From Cenarchaeum sp. (lineage in GTDB: Archaea > Thermoproteota > Nitrososphaeria > Nitrososphaerales > Nitrosopumilaceae): a stretch of 64,000 bases of DNA. The stretch covers positions 1,408,001-1,472,000 of the forward strand of contig OY843584.1 of assembly GCA_963692915.1 (NCBI GenBank), read 5' to 3'. The position numbers and the translations under genes are program-made. Positions 10,376 through 17,484 of the stretch are shown here, piece by piece (position 1 is the stretch's first letter; each line of letters starts with the position of its first letter). The notes beneath the pieces are model-generated. The model was not told the origin of the DNA, searched no databases, and saw only the letters and a program-made list of their open reading frames with translations.

Positions 10376-11471
10376 TGTGCCTTGTACGAAAAGTAGTAGA
10401 CTGGGCAGGAATGCTTGCCGGGCGCAGATCCGGGAGCCCCGGGGGCGCCCCGGGATCCGGCAGGCTGCCGAAACATACGTTTGGGGGGCTCCGCCGCCGG
10501 CGCGCCATGCCGGTCAGGAGGCTTGACGACAGGGCGCTCCGGTACGTGGCCAGGACGCTGGCGACGCGGAGCGCCGAGGAGGTGGCGCGCGAGCTGGGGA
10601 TCTCCAGGGCGTGGTCGTACAGGCTTCGCGCGCACTGCCGGCGCACCGGCGCGCCGCCGGAGCCGCGGCCGATGGGAAGGCCGCGCAGGGACGTCACCGA
10701 CGGCGAGGTGGCCGAGGTCCTCGGCGAGCACGCCGACCGGCCGGCCGGCGTCGTGCGCGTGGCCGAGGGGCTGCGCGGCAACAACTCAAAAATAACGTAC
10801 TGGTCGGTGTACCGCATCATGCTGGCGGAGGGGCTCGTCACGAGGTCGCGGGCGAAGTCGCGCAGGCGAAAGTGGGTCAGGTTCGAGCGCGCGCACTCCG
10901 GCGCGCTGTGGCACGTGGACTGGCACATAATGAAATACGGGCCACTTGCGGGCTCGCACCTCATAGTGTTCCTCGACGACGCGTCGCGGTGCGTCACGGG
11001 CTTTGGCGTGTTCGCCGAGGCCACGTCGGAAAACTCCGTGCTTGCGCTGCGAAAGGCGATCAGGATGTTTGGCGCGCCGGCGCAGATCCTCTCGGACCAC
11101 GGCACGCAGTTCACGGCAAGCCGGCGCGGCACGCCGAGCCGCAGCTGGACGCCGACGCTCTTCGAGCGGGAGCTGCTGGACCGCGACATAGCGCACCTCA
11201 TGGCGCGCGTCCGCCACCCCCAGACCAACGGCAAGGTCGAGAGGTTCTTCCAGACGCTCGAGACGGAGATCGGCCACTTTGGCGGGGTCCCCGAGTTCAT
11301 CGCGTACTACAACGAGAGGCGCCTCCACTTCGCCCTGGACATCAAGGGCGGCGAGACGCCCCTGCTGGCCTACAGGAGGCGCAGGGCCGACGGGCGGGTC
11401 CGGGCGGAGAACCCGAGGTGGATGGAGGTGGACTCGAATGAGTGAGTCTACTACTTTTCGTATAAAACACA
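10376..11471 (+). mobile_element. IS481-family insertion sequence, apparently intact
   Basis: 27-bp TIRs tgtgccttgtacgaaaagtagtagact (10376-10402) and agtctactacttttcgtataaaacaca (11445-11471), 3 mismatches, TGT...ACA ends; 12-bp direct repeat ccgcccgtggta at 10364-10375 and 11472-11483. Confidence 0.92.
10507..11445 (+). CDS. IS481-family DDE transposase (HTH + rve integrase core)
   Basis: N-terminal HTH VARELGISRAWSYR; DDE triad in WHVDWH, LSDHGTQF, HPQTNGKVERFF; YYNERRLH. Confidence 0.92.
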   Translation: MPVRRLDDRALRYVARTLATRSAEEVARELGISRAWSYRLRAHCRRTGAPPEPRPMGRPRRDVTDGEVAEVLGEHADRPAGVVRVAEGLRGNNSKITYWSVYRIMLAEGLVTRSRAKSRRRKWVRFERAHSGALWHVDWHIMKYGPLAGSHLIVFLDDASRCVTGFGVFAEATSENSVLALRKAIRMFGAPAQILSDHGTQFTASRRGTPSRSWTPTLFERELLDRDIAHLMARVRHPQTNGKVERFFQTLETEIGHFGGVPEFIAYYNERRLHFALDIKGGETPLLAYRRRRADGRVRAENPRWMEVDSNE

Positions 11472-11481
11472 CCGCCCGTGG

Positions 11482-11591
11482 TATGAGGCCAGCGCCTCTG
11501 CCAGTTCATGCCTAGACAGGCGCCGAAGTGGCAAGTAGATCGACAGAATGCGCCTATTTGGCCAAAAGGGGTGGGGGGTGCTGGCCTCATA
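11482..11591. mobile_element. 110-bp MITE-like element, copy 1
   Basis: TIRs tatgaggccagc / gctggcctcata; flanked by ccgcccgtgg at 11472-11481 and 11592-11601; interior homologous to 62335-62445. Confidence 0.8.
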
Positions 11592-11603
11592 CCGCCCGTG
11601 GGG

Positions 11604-11708
11604 CGCCCTGTACGAAGAGTAGGCTGGGTGCCTGCCTGGCGCAGATCCGGGGCTCCGTAAGGCCGCTGGGCGGGCAGGGCGCTGCCTTGTACGAAGAGTG
11701 GGCTGGGT
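11604..11708 (+). mobile_element. Two degenerate relics of the IS481 left end
   Basis: cgccctgtacgaagagtaggctggg...ggcgcagatccgggg and tgccttgtacgaagagtgggctggg resemble the IS left end tgtgccttgtacgaaaagtagtagactggg...ggcgcagatccggga. Confidence 0.65.
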
Positions 11709-11788
11709 GGGGGCTTTCCAGGCACGGTGTCCAGGATCGCCTTGCGTTCAACGTTTAATTGGCCCATGTCATACCGTTTTGTATAGCT

Positions 11789-12151
11789 ATGAGCGACCCC
11801 GAGTCACATGAGTTTAATGCCGTAATCAAGCATATTATACAAAAATCGCTGTTTACAGAGCGTCAAGTTCAAATTATTCTAAGACAGCGGCGACGCGCCG
11901 GGGTTGGTTTTGGCATAAGTAGAGGCGCGTATTACAGGCAGGCAAGCCAATCTAGGGACAAAATGGGGCGCCTCTACTATACGATCAGTCTTTTGTGGGG
12001 TCTTGGCGTTCTCGAGCCTCGTGACATTGATGTGATGTCTCATCTTGCAGAACAGATCAAAGGTCTCAAAGATAGTGATATTTTAGATGGTCGTGAGGAA
12101 GACATCACACAGGTACTTGACAAAATTGTCAGTCAGGCGTGCAATATGTGA
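11789..12151 (+). CDS. Origin-proximal hypothetical protein, probable HTH DNA-binding
   Basis: SLFTERQVQII...GISRGAYYRQ resembles a sigma-4/Tfx-like HTH; TATA-like tttaatt upstream. Confidence 0.7.
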   Translation: MSDPESHEFNAVIKHIIQKSLFTERQVQIILRQRRRAGVGFGISRGAYYRQASQSRDKMGRLYYTISLLWGLGVLEPRDIDVMSHLAEQIKGLKDSDILDGREEDITQVLDKIVSQACNM

Positions 12152-12899
12152 TATTGTGTATCACCCTAGCCACAAATATCGTGATTTTAAGGCGTGATGT
12201 AGTTGTCTAAATAGTGAATTTATGTTGTTCTATCACAATATATCACAGTGTGTTTGTGACTTGCCCATGCAGGTCGAGATTCCCGACCCCAACGTCCTTC
12301 TTGGGCTGGTCACGGCGTTTGTGATCGGCCTTTTAGTCATAATTATACTCAACAAGGTGCGTCCATACGTGAATTTGAGCCCAAGGGGCGACGGAGAGTG
12401 GCGCGCCTCGCGTATTGACGAGTACGAGCGCCAGTTGGTAGAGATGAAAATTCGTCTAGACGCAGCAGGTATTGGGAGTGTGGGTGGTGATGTGACTAGT
12501 ATATCACAAGATGTTGTGGGGACGGCAGAGTCCGGATTGGAGACTGCCGTGGTTGACCAAAACAAGGCTAAAACTACGCCTAAATCACCCCAACAACCAA
12601 CGCCGGTGGCTCAAGAGACCAATCACGTCACATATCACAACGCCACAGAGCAGGTGTTACATATGGTCACAACAAGTGCAAAAACATCACGTGATATTCA
12701 AGCCGCCCTGGGTAAGAGTAGGGAGCACACTGCCAGACTCCTCAAAAAACTCTATGATGAGGGACTTGTTGAAAGGAACGCAAAGTCGCGGCCATACACC
12801 TACTCTATCACGGAAAGTGGCCAAAGGCGGCTTGGATCTGCAGACGGTCGGTTATAGAGCCCCTGTGGTGATGTTGGTTGTGGGTTGTGGTGATGTTGG
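12032..12899. repeat. Dense dispersed array of GTGAT/ATCAC pentamers
   Basis: 20 copies counted by eye between 12032 and 12894, including palindrome atcacgtgat (12686-12695) and direct repeat tgtggtgatgttgg (12864, 12886). Confidence 0.75.
12267..12857 (+). CDS. Membrane-anchored winged-helix DNA-binding protein (TM helix - coiled coil - linker - wHTH)
   Basis: N-terminal VLLGLVTAFVIGLLVIIIL; RIDEYERQLVEMKIRLD coiled coil; C-terminal TSRDIQAALGKSREHTARLLKKLYDEGLVER..PYTYSITESG (MarR/TrmB-like wHTH). Confidence 0.8.
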   Translation: MQVEIPDPNVLLGLVTAFVIGLLVIIILNKVRPYVNLSPRGDGEWRASRIDEYERQLVEMKIRLDAAGIGSVGGDVTSISQDVVGTAESGLETAVVDQNKAKTTPKSPQQPTPVAQETNHVTYHNATEQVLHMVTTSAKTSRDIQAALGKSREHTARLLKKLYDEGLVERNAKSRPYTYSITESGQRRLGSADGRL

Positions 12900-12954
12900 G
12901 TTGTAATGCGCCCAGGCCGATATTTTGGGCTGTGAATTGGTGGAATTGTAGGCC

Positions 12955-13020
12955 ATTTTATTATTATTTAATAAAATAATAAATTATAATATATGAGTAT
13001 TAATGATATATATTGTCAAT
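12955..13020. promoter_or_regulatory. Extremely AT-rich tract (possible duplex-unwinding element and/or promoter of the AbrB-like gene)
   Basis: attttattattatttaataaaataataaattataatatatgagtattaatgatatatattg, almost all A/T in a GC-rich window. Confidence 0.6.
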
Positions 13021-13036
13021 GTTTGGGGGGTTGCGC

Positions 13037-13177
13037 GTGTTGGTCAAGATCACCGCAGCCGGAACCATCACGATTCCGAAGCAGATGAGGCGGTATATGG
13101 ATGTGCGCCGTGGTGACTATGTAAAGGTCGATCTAGAGGGAGATCGCCTGGTTGTCACTAAGGCCGTGGTGTCGTAG
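13037..13177 (+). CDS. AbrB/MazE/SpoVT-family DNA-binding microprotein (46 aa, absent from ORF track)
   Basis: Manual translation MLVKITAAGTITIPKQMRRYMDVRRGDYVKVDLEGDRLVVTKAVVS* fits the swapped-hairpin consensus. Confidence 0.85.
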   Translation: MLVKITAAGTITIPKQMRRYMDVRRGDYVKVDLEGDRLVVTKAVVS

Positions 13178-13571
13178 GTGGCAGGCGTTGTGGGAGGATG
13201 GCCCTGTCGGCGGCTCTGTATGACCACTCGCGGCCGTTTCGTGTGCGTGCCAGACGGCCCCTGTGCGTAAAACGCGCCAGATAGGTCGAGATCACGCTCA
13301 GTTTTATGGGTCGGTTATACTCGTCCTCATACTTTTCGAGTATTGTGGAGGAGGTAAATCGGCCTATTGGGTAGTTCCTCTCAACTGTGGCCCATATGCG
13401 GCCCCCCACACTGTCAGGCGTCTGGCCTTCTGGGGGCGCCTCGACGTCAATGAGATTCATGGTCTCAAACACCTTTAGGATCTTCTCCCTAGTGACTTTG
13501 CCAGTCACGGTCATGCGAAAAACGGCCCCCTCGTCGTCCTCAACGTCGATGGTCACCTTTCTCTTTGCCAT
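13158..13571 (-). CDS. Origin-proximal hypothetical protein with C-terminal winged helix
   Basis: FTSSTILEKYEDEY..PIKLSVISTYLARFTHRGRLARTRNGREWSYR; divergent from cdc6 across the origin. Confidence 0.75.
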   Translation of the reverse strand: MAKRKVTIDVEDDEGAVFRMTVTGKVTREKILKVFETMNLIDVEAPPEGQTPDSVGGRIWATVERNYPIGRFTSSTILEKYEDEYNRPIKLSVISTYLARFTHRGRLARTRNGREWSYRAADRAILPQRLPPTTPRP

Positions 13572-13722
13572 TGGGACACAGCCTGAAACCCCCCTTACAC
13601 TTGAAACGATCCGATCAGATTTGTTAACGTTATACGTTGTTAATGTTGCCTGCCTAGCCTAGGCATGGGGTGCCGTGGCCTGTTCACACACTGCCGCCAT
13701 GCCCACCCCCAAATATCCCACG

Positions 13723-13813
13723 AATTCACGCCTAGAGTGGAAATAAGGGGGTTAAAATGGGTTGTTAACGCGGTTAAGATGTAAATTCACGCCTAGAGTG
13801 GAAATAAGGGGGT
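13723..13813 (+). promoter_or_regulatory. Two ORB-like origin recognition boxes (30-bp exact direct repeat)
   Basis: aattcacgcctagagtggaaataagggggt at 13723-13752 and 13784-13813; GTGGAAA core plus G-string; upstream of cdc6. Confidence 0.85.
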
Positions 13814-13900
13814 CAAAACGGCCTTTTTGGACGTCTTGTTCACACAATCTTGACTGTGTGTGAACGTCGTCAGGCTTCACGCCTCGCCGACTCCTTCCAC

Positions 13901-14021
13901 AACCCACACACCACCATTTCCACTCCTTTTTCTTTCATTTTTTTTCTAAAAATACAAGATAGAGATGAGATGAAAGGCAAGAAAAGGAATGTTGTGGAGT
14001 GGAAGGGAAGGTGTGTGGGTT
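13901..14021. promoter_or_regulatory. Inverted ORB-like pair flanking an AT-rich spacer (probable oriC core)
   Basis: aacccacacaccaccatttccactcc (13901-13926) vs ggagtggaagggaaggtgtgtgggtt (13996-14021), 22/26 inverted match, enclosing a 69-bp T-rich then A-rich spacer. Confidence 0.75.
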
Positions 14022-14103
14022 TGGATCACTGAAACGATCCATGTTGTTAAATTAAGCTGGGGGATCATTTCAAGAGGTAGGGCTACGACCCCACGATCTC
14101 AAA

Positions 14104-15321
14104 ATGAGCACGACCACACTCGACCCCCTAGATCGCCTCTTAGAGGCCGCAGAGAGCGGGACTGCGATCATACGCAATAGGGAGGTTCTGCGGTCTGACT
14201 ATATGCCAAAGATGATCAGGCACCGCGACGAGGAGCAAGAGCTAGTCGCCCAGACGCTCCTTCCAATACTAAAGCGCGCCCGCCCCTCAAACCTCCTAGT
14301 CTATGGCCGCCCTGGAACTGGCAAGACACTCGTTGTGAGGCGCGTCCTTTTAAAAATACAAGAGAGGGCCGCAACTGGCGACTTTCCAATCAGGCTGGTG
14401 TATGCCAACTCCAAGAACGAGACGACAATGTATGCGCTTCTTGTTAGTTTTGGCCGCCAGCTGGGCCTTAATGAAAAAAGGATTCCCACCACAGGCCTCT
14501 CAATAAGCGAGGTCTTTAAACGCCTAATCAGCGAGATCAACAAGAGGTCGATTAACGCCGTGTTTGTGATTGACGAGATCGACCACCTCGCGCGCCTCAC
14601 CTCCAAATCCCACAAGGACATACTCTACCAGATGACCAGGGCCAACGAGCTCCTTGATGGCGGCTCGCTCACCCTTGTGGGCATATCCAACGACCTCGCC
14701 TTCAAGGATGGCCTGGATCCGCGCGTGATCAGCAGCCTGGGCGAGGAGGAGATCGTCTTTGCGAGCTATACAACCGATCAGATACGCCGCATATTAGAGG
14801 AGCGCATTACCGACGCCCTCATCGGCCCCAACACCGTCGAGGAGGCCGCACTCCACCTCTGCGCAGCAAAGGCCGGCAGCGAGCACGGCGACGCGCGCCG
14901 CGCCATCGACACACTTCGTGTGGCCGCCGAGGCCGCCGAACGAGCCGGCGCGTCGACAATATCCCAGGACCACGTTCTCACGGCGGCAGCAAAGATGGAG
15001 GAGAGAAAAGAGGTTGCCGCGCTGCGCTCCTACCCGCTCCACGAAAAGCTCCTCGTCATAGCCGTGATGAAGTCCAGTGGGGCCTCGACGGGGGAGATAT
15101 ACGCCGCGTACCGCGACCTCTGCAGGCGCACGGGCCAAAAGAACCTCACACAGAGGCGGGCCACGCAGATGCTTAGCGAGATAGAGATGTCCGGGATAGC
15201 CTCTGGCCGGATCACACACCAGGGCATGCACGGCCGAACCAAAAAATTCAAGCTACTCGTCGCCACCGAGACTGTCACCGAGGCGTTCGGTGAGGATCTT
15301 GCCCTCTCTGACCTGCTCTAG
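14104..15321 (+). CDS. cdc6: Orc1/Cdc6 replication initiator
   Basis: HRDEE, Walker A GRPGTGKT, Walker B VIDEID, GDARRAID, C-terminal winged helix. Confidence 0.96.
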   Translation: MSTTTLDPLDRLLEAAESGTAIIRNREVLRSDYMPKMIRHRDEEQELVAQTLLPILKRARPSNLLVYGRPGTGKTLVVRRVLLKIQERAATGDFPIRLVYANSKNETTMYALLVSFGRQLGLNEKRIPTTGLSISEVFKRLISEINKRSINAVFVIDEIDHLARLTSKSHKDILYQMTRANELLDGGSLTLVGISNDLAFKDGLDPRVISSLGEEEIVFASYTTDQIRRILEERITDALIGPNTVEEAALHLCAAKAGSEHGDARRAIDTLRVAAEAAERAGASTISQDHVLTAAAKMEERKEVAALRSYPLHEKLLVIAVMKSSGASTGEIYAAYRDLCRRTGQKNLTQRRATQMLSEIEMSGIASGRITHQGMHGRTKKFKLLVATETVTEAFGEDLALSDLL

Positions 15322-15349
15322 GCTGGCACCGCGCCACGCCGGCGCGACC

Positions 15350-16780
15350 CTACTCTAGCCCAAAGGCGCGCTGCTCGGCCTTTAGCGTTCTTAGGTTTAC
15401 GACTATGGCGCGGCCCACGGTGGGGCGAATGCCCTGGCTGGCCTGAAAGGACGTCTGTTTTTGCCACGTGCCCGAGTTGACCATAAGCACGCCCCTGTAC
15501 TGTTCGGCGCCGACGACGTGGACGTGGCCAGAGTGAAAGATGTCAGGCGCCTCCTCTATGACCATCATGTCTTCGGTCTCTGGCGCCACGGGCGTGCTCC
15601 CCCCATATATCGGGCAGAGGTGCCTTGCGCGCAGGAGGTACTTCATGGCGCCTGCGGGTCGGTCATAGCTGAGGCCCTGCGCGGACTTTACAATGTCATC
15701 GATGCTCTGCCCGTGATACATAAGGACGCGCACGCCGTTGAGGCTGACAGTGGCCGGATTGCCGACCATCCTGACGTTTGGGCGTCCCCACAAGCCAGGC
15801 GCGCACCCGCGGGGGATCGCCGGCTGGGGGAGCGCGCGCCTCCCCGGATCGTGGTTGCCCGGCGATATCACCACGTGCATGCGCTCGGGGATCTGCCCGA
15901 CGAGCTCGTCGAGGCGCGCGAGCTGCTCCTCGGCAGTCTGCAGCACGAGATCCCTGTCCTGACCGCGGTATATCCCAACACCATCAACGACATCGCCGCA
16001 CATGAGGACGTGCCCAACACGGCGCGCAGTCGGCTCATCACTAGACAGCCACGAGACGAGCCCATCAAAGGCGGCCTCGTCAAAGTTGCGGCTTCCGACG
16101 TGGAGGTCAGAGAGGAGAACCGCATAGACCTCTGATGCTGACACCCTCGGGCTGTGCCCCGAGACGTCGGGAATCGATATCTCGCGCGCAATCGGCCCGC
16201 CGTCCCTGCCGGCGACCACGCGAACCATGACAAACTGATCCGTGACGAGGGAGCCCGTCGTGGCCCGCGCCTCCTCGTCATACACTGCGAGCTCGAGGCT
16301 TCCGGTGGGGTCCTCGATGACTAGCCTGTCAGATTTGCCCGAGCCGGTTTTGCGCTCACTGACGAGGCCGCACGTGTGCGCACCGTCATCGATGCGACCC
16401 TCCTTTATGGCCGATATGCGCCTGAGCGACTTGCCCTCAGACCGGCGCGAGACGAGGGCCCGCATCTTTTCATACCTGCTCACAAAGAGCGCGCCGAACC
16501 CCCCGACACCCTCGCCTGAGGCGGTTCTTCCCGTGGGATCGCTTATCGTCTCGCAGATGGCCTCAAAGGGCTCGTCGATTGGCGCAACGCCGAGTGCGCC
16601 GGCCATGTCTACGCCGCTGATGGTTCGGTCGCCGCGCCTCTCCTTTCTCCGGACGACCTCGCGGATCGCGCGCTGGATCATTCCTGCGTCAGCTGACTCT
16701 AGGACGCGGATCGCATCAGGGTGAACCTGAAAGCCCCGCCTTAGGGCAAATTGGAGAACTGCTGCAATGTCGCCGCCCAC
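15350..16780 (-). CDS. polB: DNA polymerase D small subunit (DP1, proofreading exonuclease)
   Basis: SDLHVGS, GDVVDGVGIY, PGNHD, YHGQSIDD, HSGHVH, NSGTWQ; GTG start 16780 inferred. Confidence 0.94.
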   Translation of the reverse strand: MGGDIAAVLQFALRRGFQVHPDAIRVLESADAGMIQRAIREVVRRKERRGDRTISGVDMAGALGVAPIDEPFEAICETISDPTGRTASGEGVGGFGALFVSRYEKMRALVSRRSEGKSLRRISAIKEGRIDDGAHTCGLVSERKTGSGKSDRLVIEDPTGSLELAVYDEEARATTGSLVTDQFVMVRVVAGRDGGPIAREISIPDVSGHSPRVSASEVYAVLLSDLHVGSRNFDEAAFDGLVSWLSSDEPTARRVGHVLMCGDVVDGVGIYRGQDRDLVLQTAEEQLARLDELVGQIPERMHVVISPGNHDPGRRALPQPAIPRGCAPGLWGRPNVRMVGNPATVSLNGVRVLMYHGQSIDDIVKSAQGLSYDRPAGAMKYLLRARHLCPIYGGSTPVAPETEDMMVIEEAPDIFHSGHVHVVGAEQYRGVLMVNSGTWQKQTSFQASQGIRPTVGRAIVVNLRTLKAEQRAFGLE

Positions 16781-16874
16781 GAGCGGCTCGCCGGCGGGGT
16801 TTCTAATTAATCTGACCGCCGGGCCTGCGTGCATGCCGACTGCTTTATACCACGCCCGCGGCGACGGGCGGGGC

Positions 16875-17399
16875 ATGATACGGCTGTGGGCGTTCCTGGC
16901 AGCAACGGGGGCGTTCCTCGGCATGTACCTTGTGGGCTCCCTCGTCGAGCCCGCCGAGGCCGAAGCCGAGAGGTTCATGGAGGAGTTTGAGAGCCTCGTG
17001 GACGGAATCGACGCGCTTGGCATATTTGTGCACAATTCGATGCTCGCCGCGCCAATGTTCCTGCCCGGCCTGGGCCCGGCAGTCGGCCTCTATTCTGCGT
17101 GGTCCACGGGATACGCGTTTGCGGCGATCTCGATGAGCGTGCCGGCGGTGCAGGGCATTCCGGCCATAGCGATCCTTCTCACCCCCGTCGGCCTCATGGA
17201 GCTCGCCGCGTACTCGCTGGGCATGTCACGCGGCGCGCTCTTTGGCCTGGCCCTCCTGCGCTCAAGGCCCGCCCGCCCGCACCTCCGCATGGTGGCCATC
17301 GAGGGCGCCGTCGCCGCAGCGCTCCTGGCCGTCGCCGCAGTGGTGGAGCACGCCGCCATAACGGCCACGGGACTCGCCCCGTCGGCCGCATCAGTCTAG
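16875..17399 (+). CDS. SpoIIM-like membrane protein
   Basis: GIFVHN, TPVGLMELAAY, AAVVE motifs; several TM helices. Confidence 0.75.
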   Translation: MIRLWAFLAATGAFLGMYLVGSLVEPAEAEAERFMEEFESLVDGIDALGIFVHNSMLAAPMFLPGLGPAVGLYSAWSTGYAFAAISMSVPAVQGIPAIAILLTPVGLMELAAYSLGMSRGALFGLALLRSRPARPHLRMVAIEGAVAAALLAVAAVVEHAAITATGLAPSAASV

Positions 17400-17484
17400 G
17401 CCGCGCGTGGGCGTGCGTACTTTAACGCATTCACTCTAAAATAATTTGGAACCGTATTATAGTCAGCCCCCGCGAGCGTGAGCC

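Noticed and set aside
10324-10731. N-terminal extension of GGGPS in the 391-aa track ORF
   Set aside because: It is the antisense frame of the IS; the GGGPS domain begins at 10323 with its own TATA-like element
10356-11472. Several long overlapping ORFs within the IS
   Set aside because: Shadow frames expected in very GC-rich DNA; only one frame has HTH and DDE motifs
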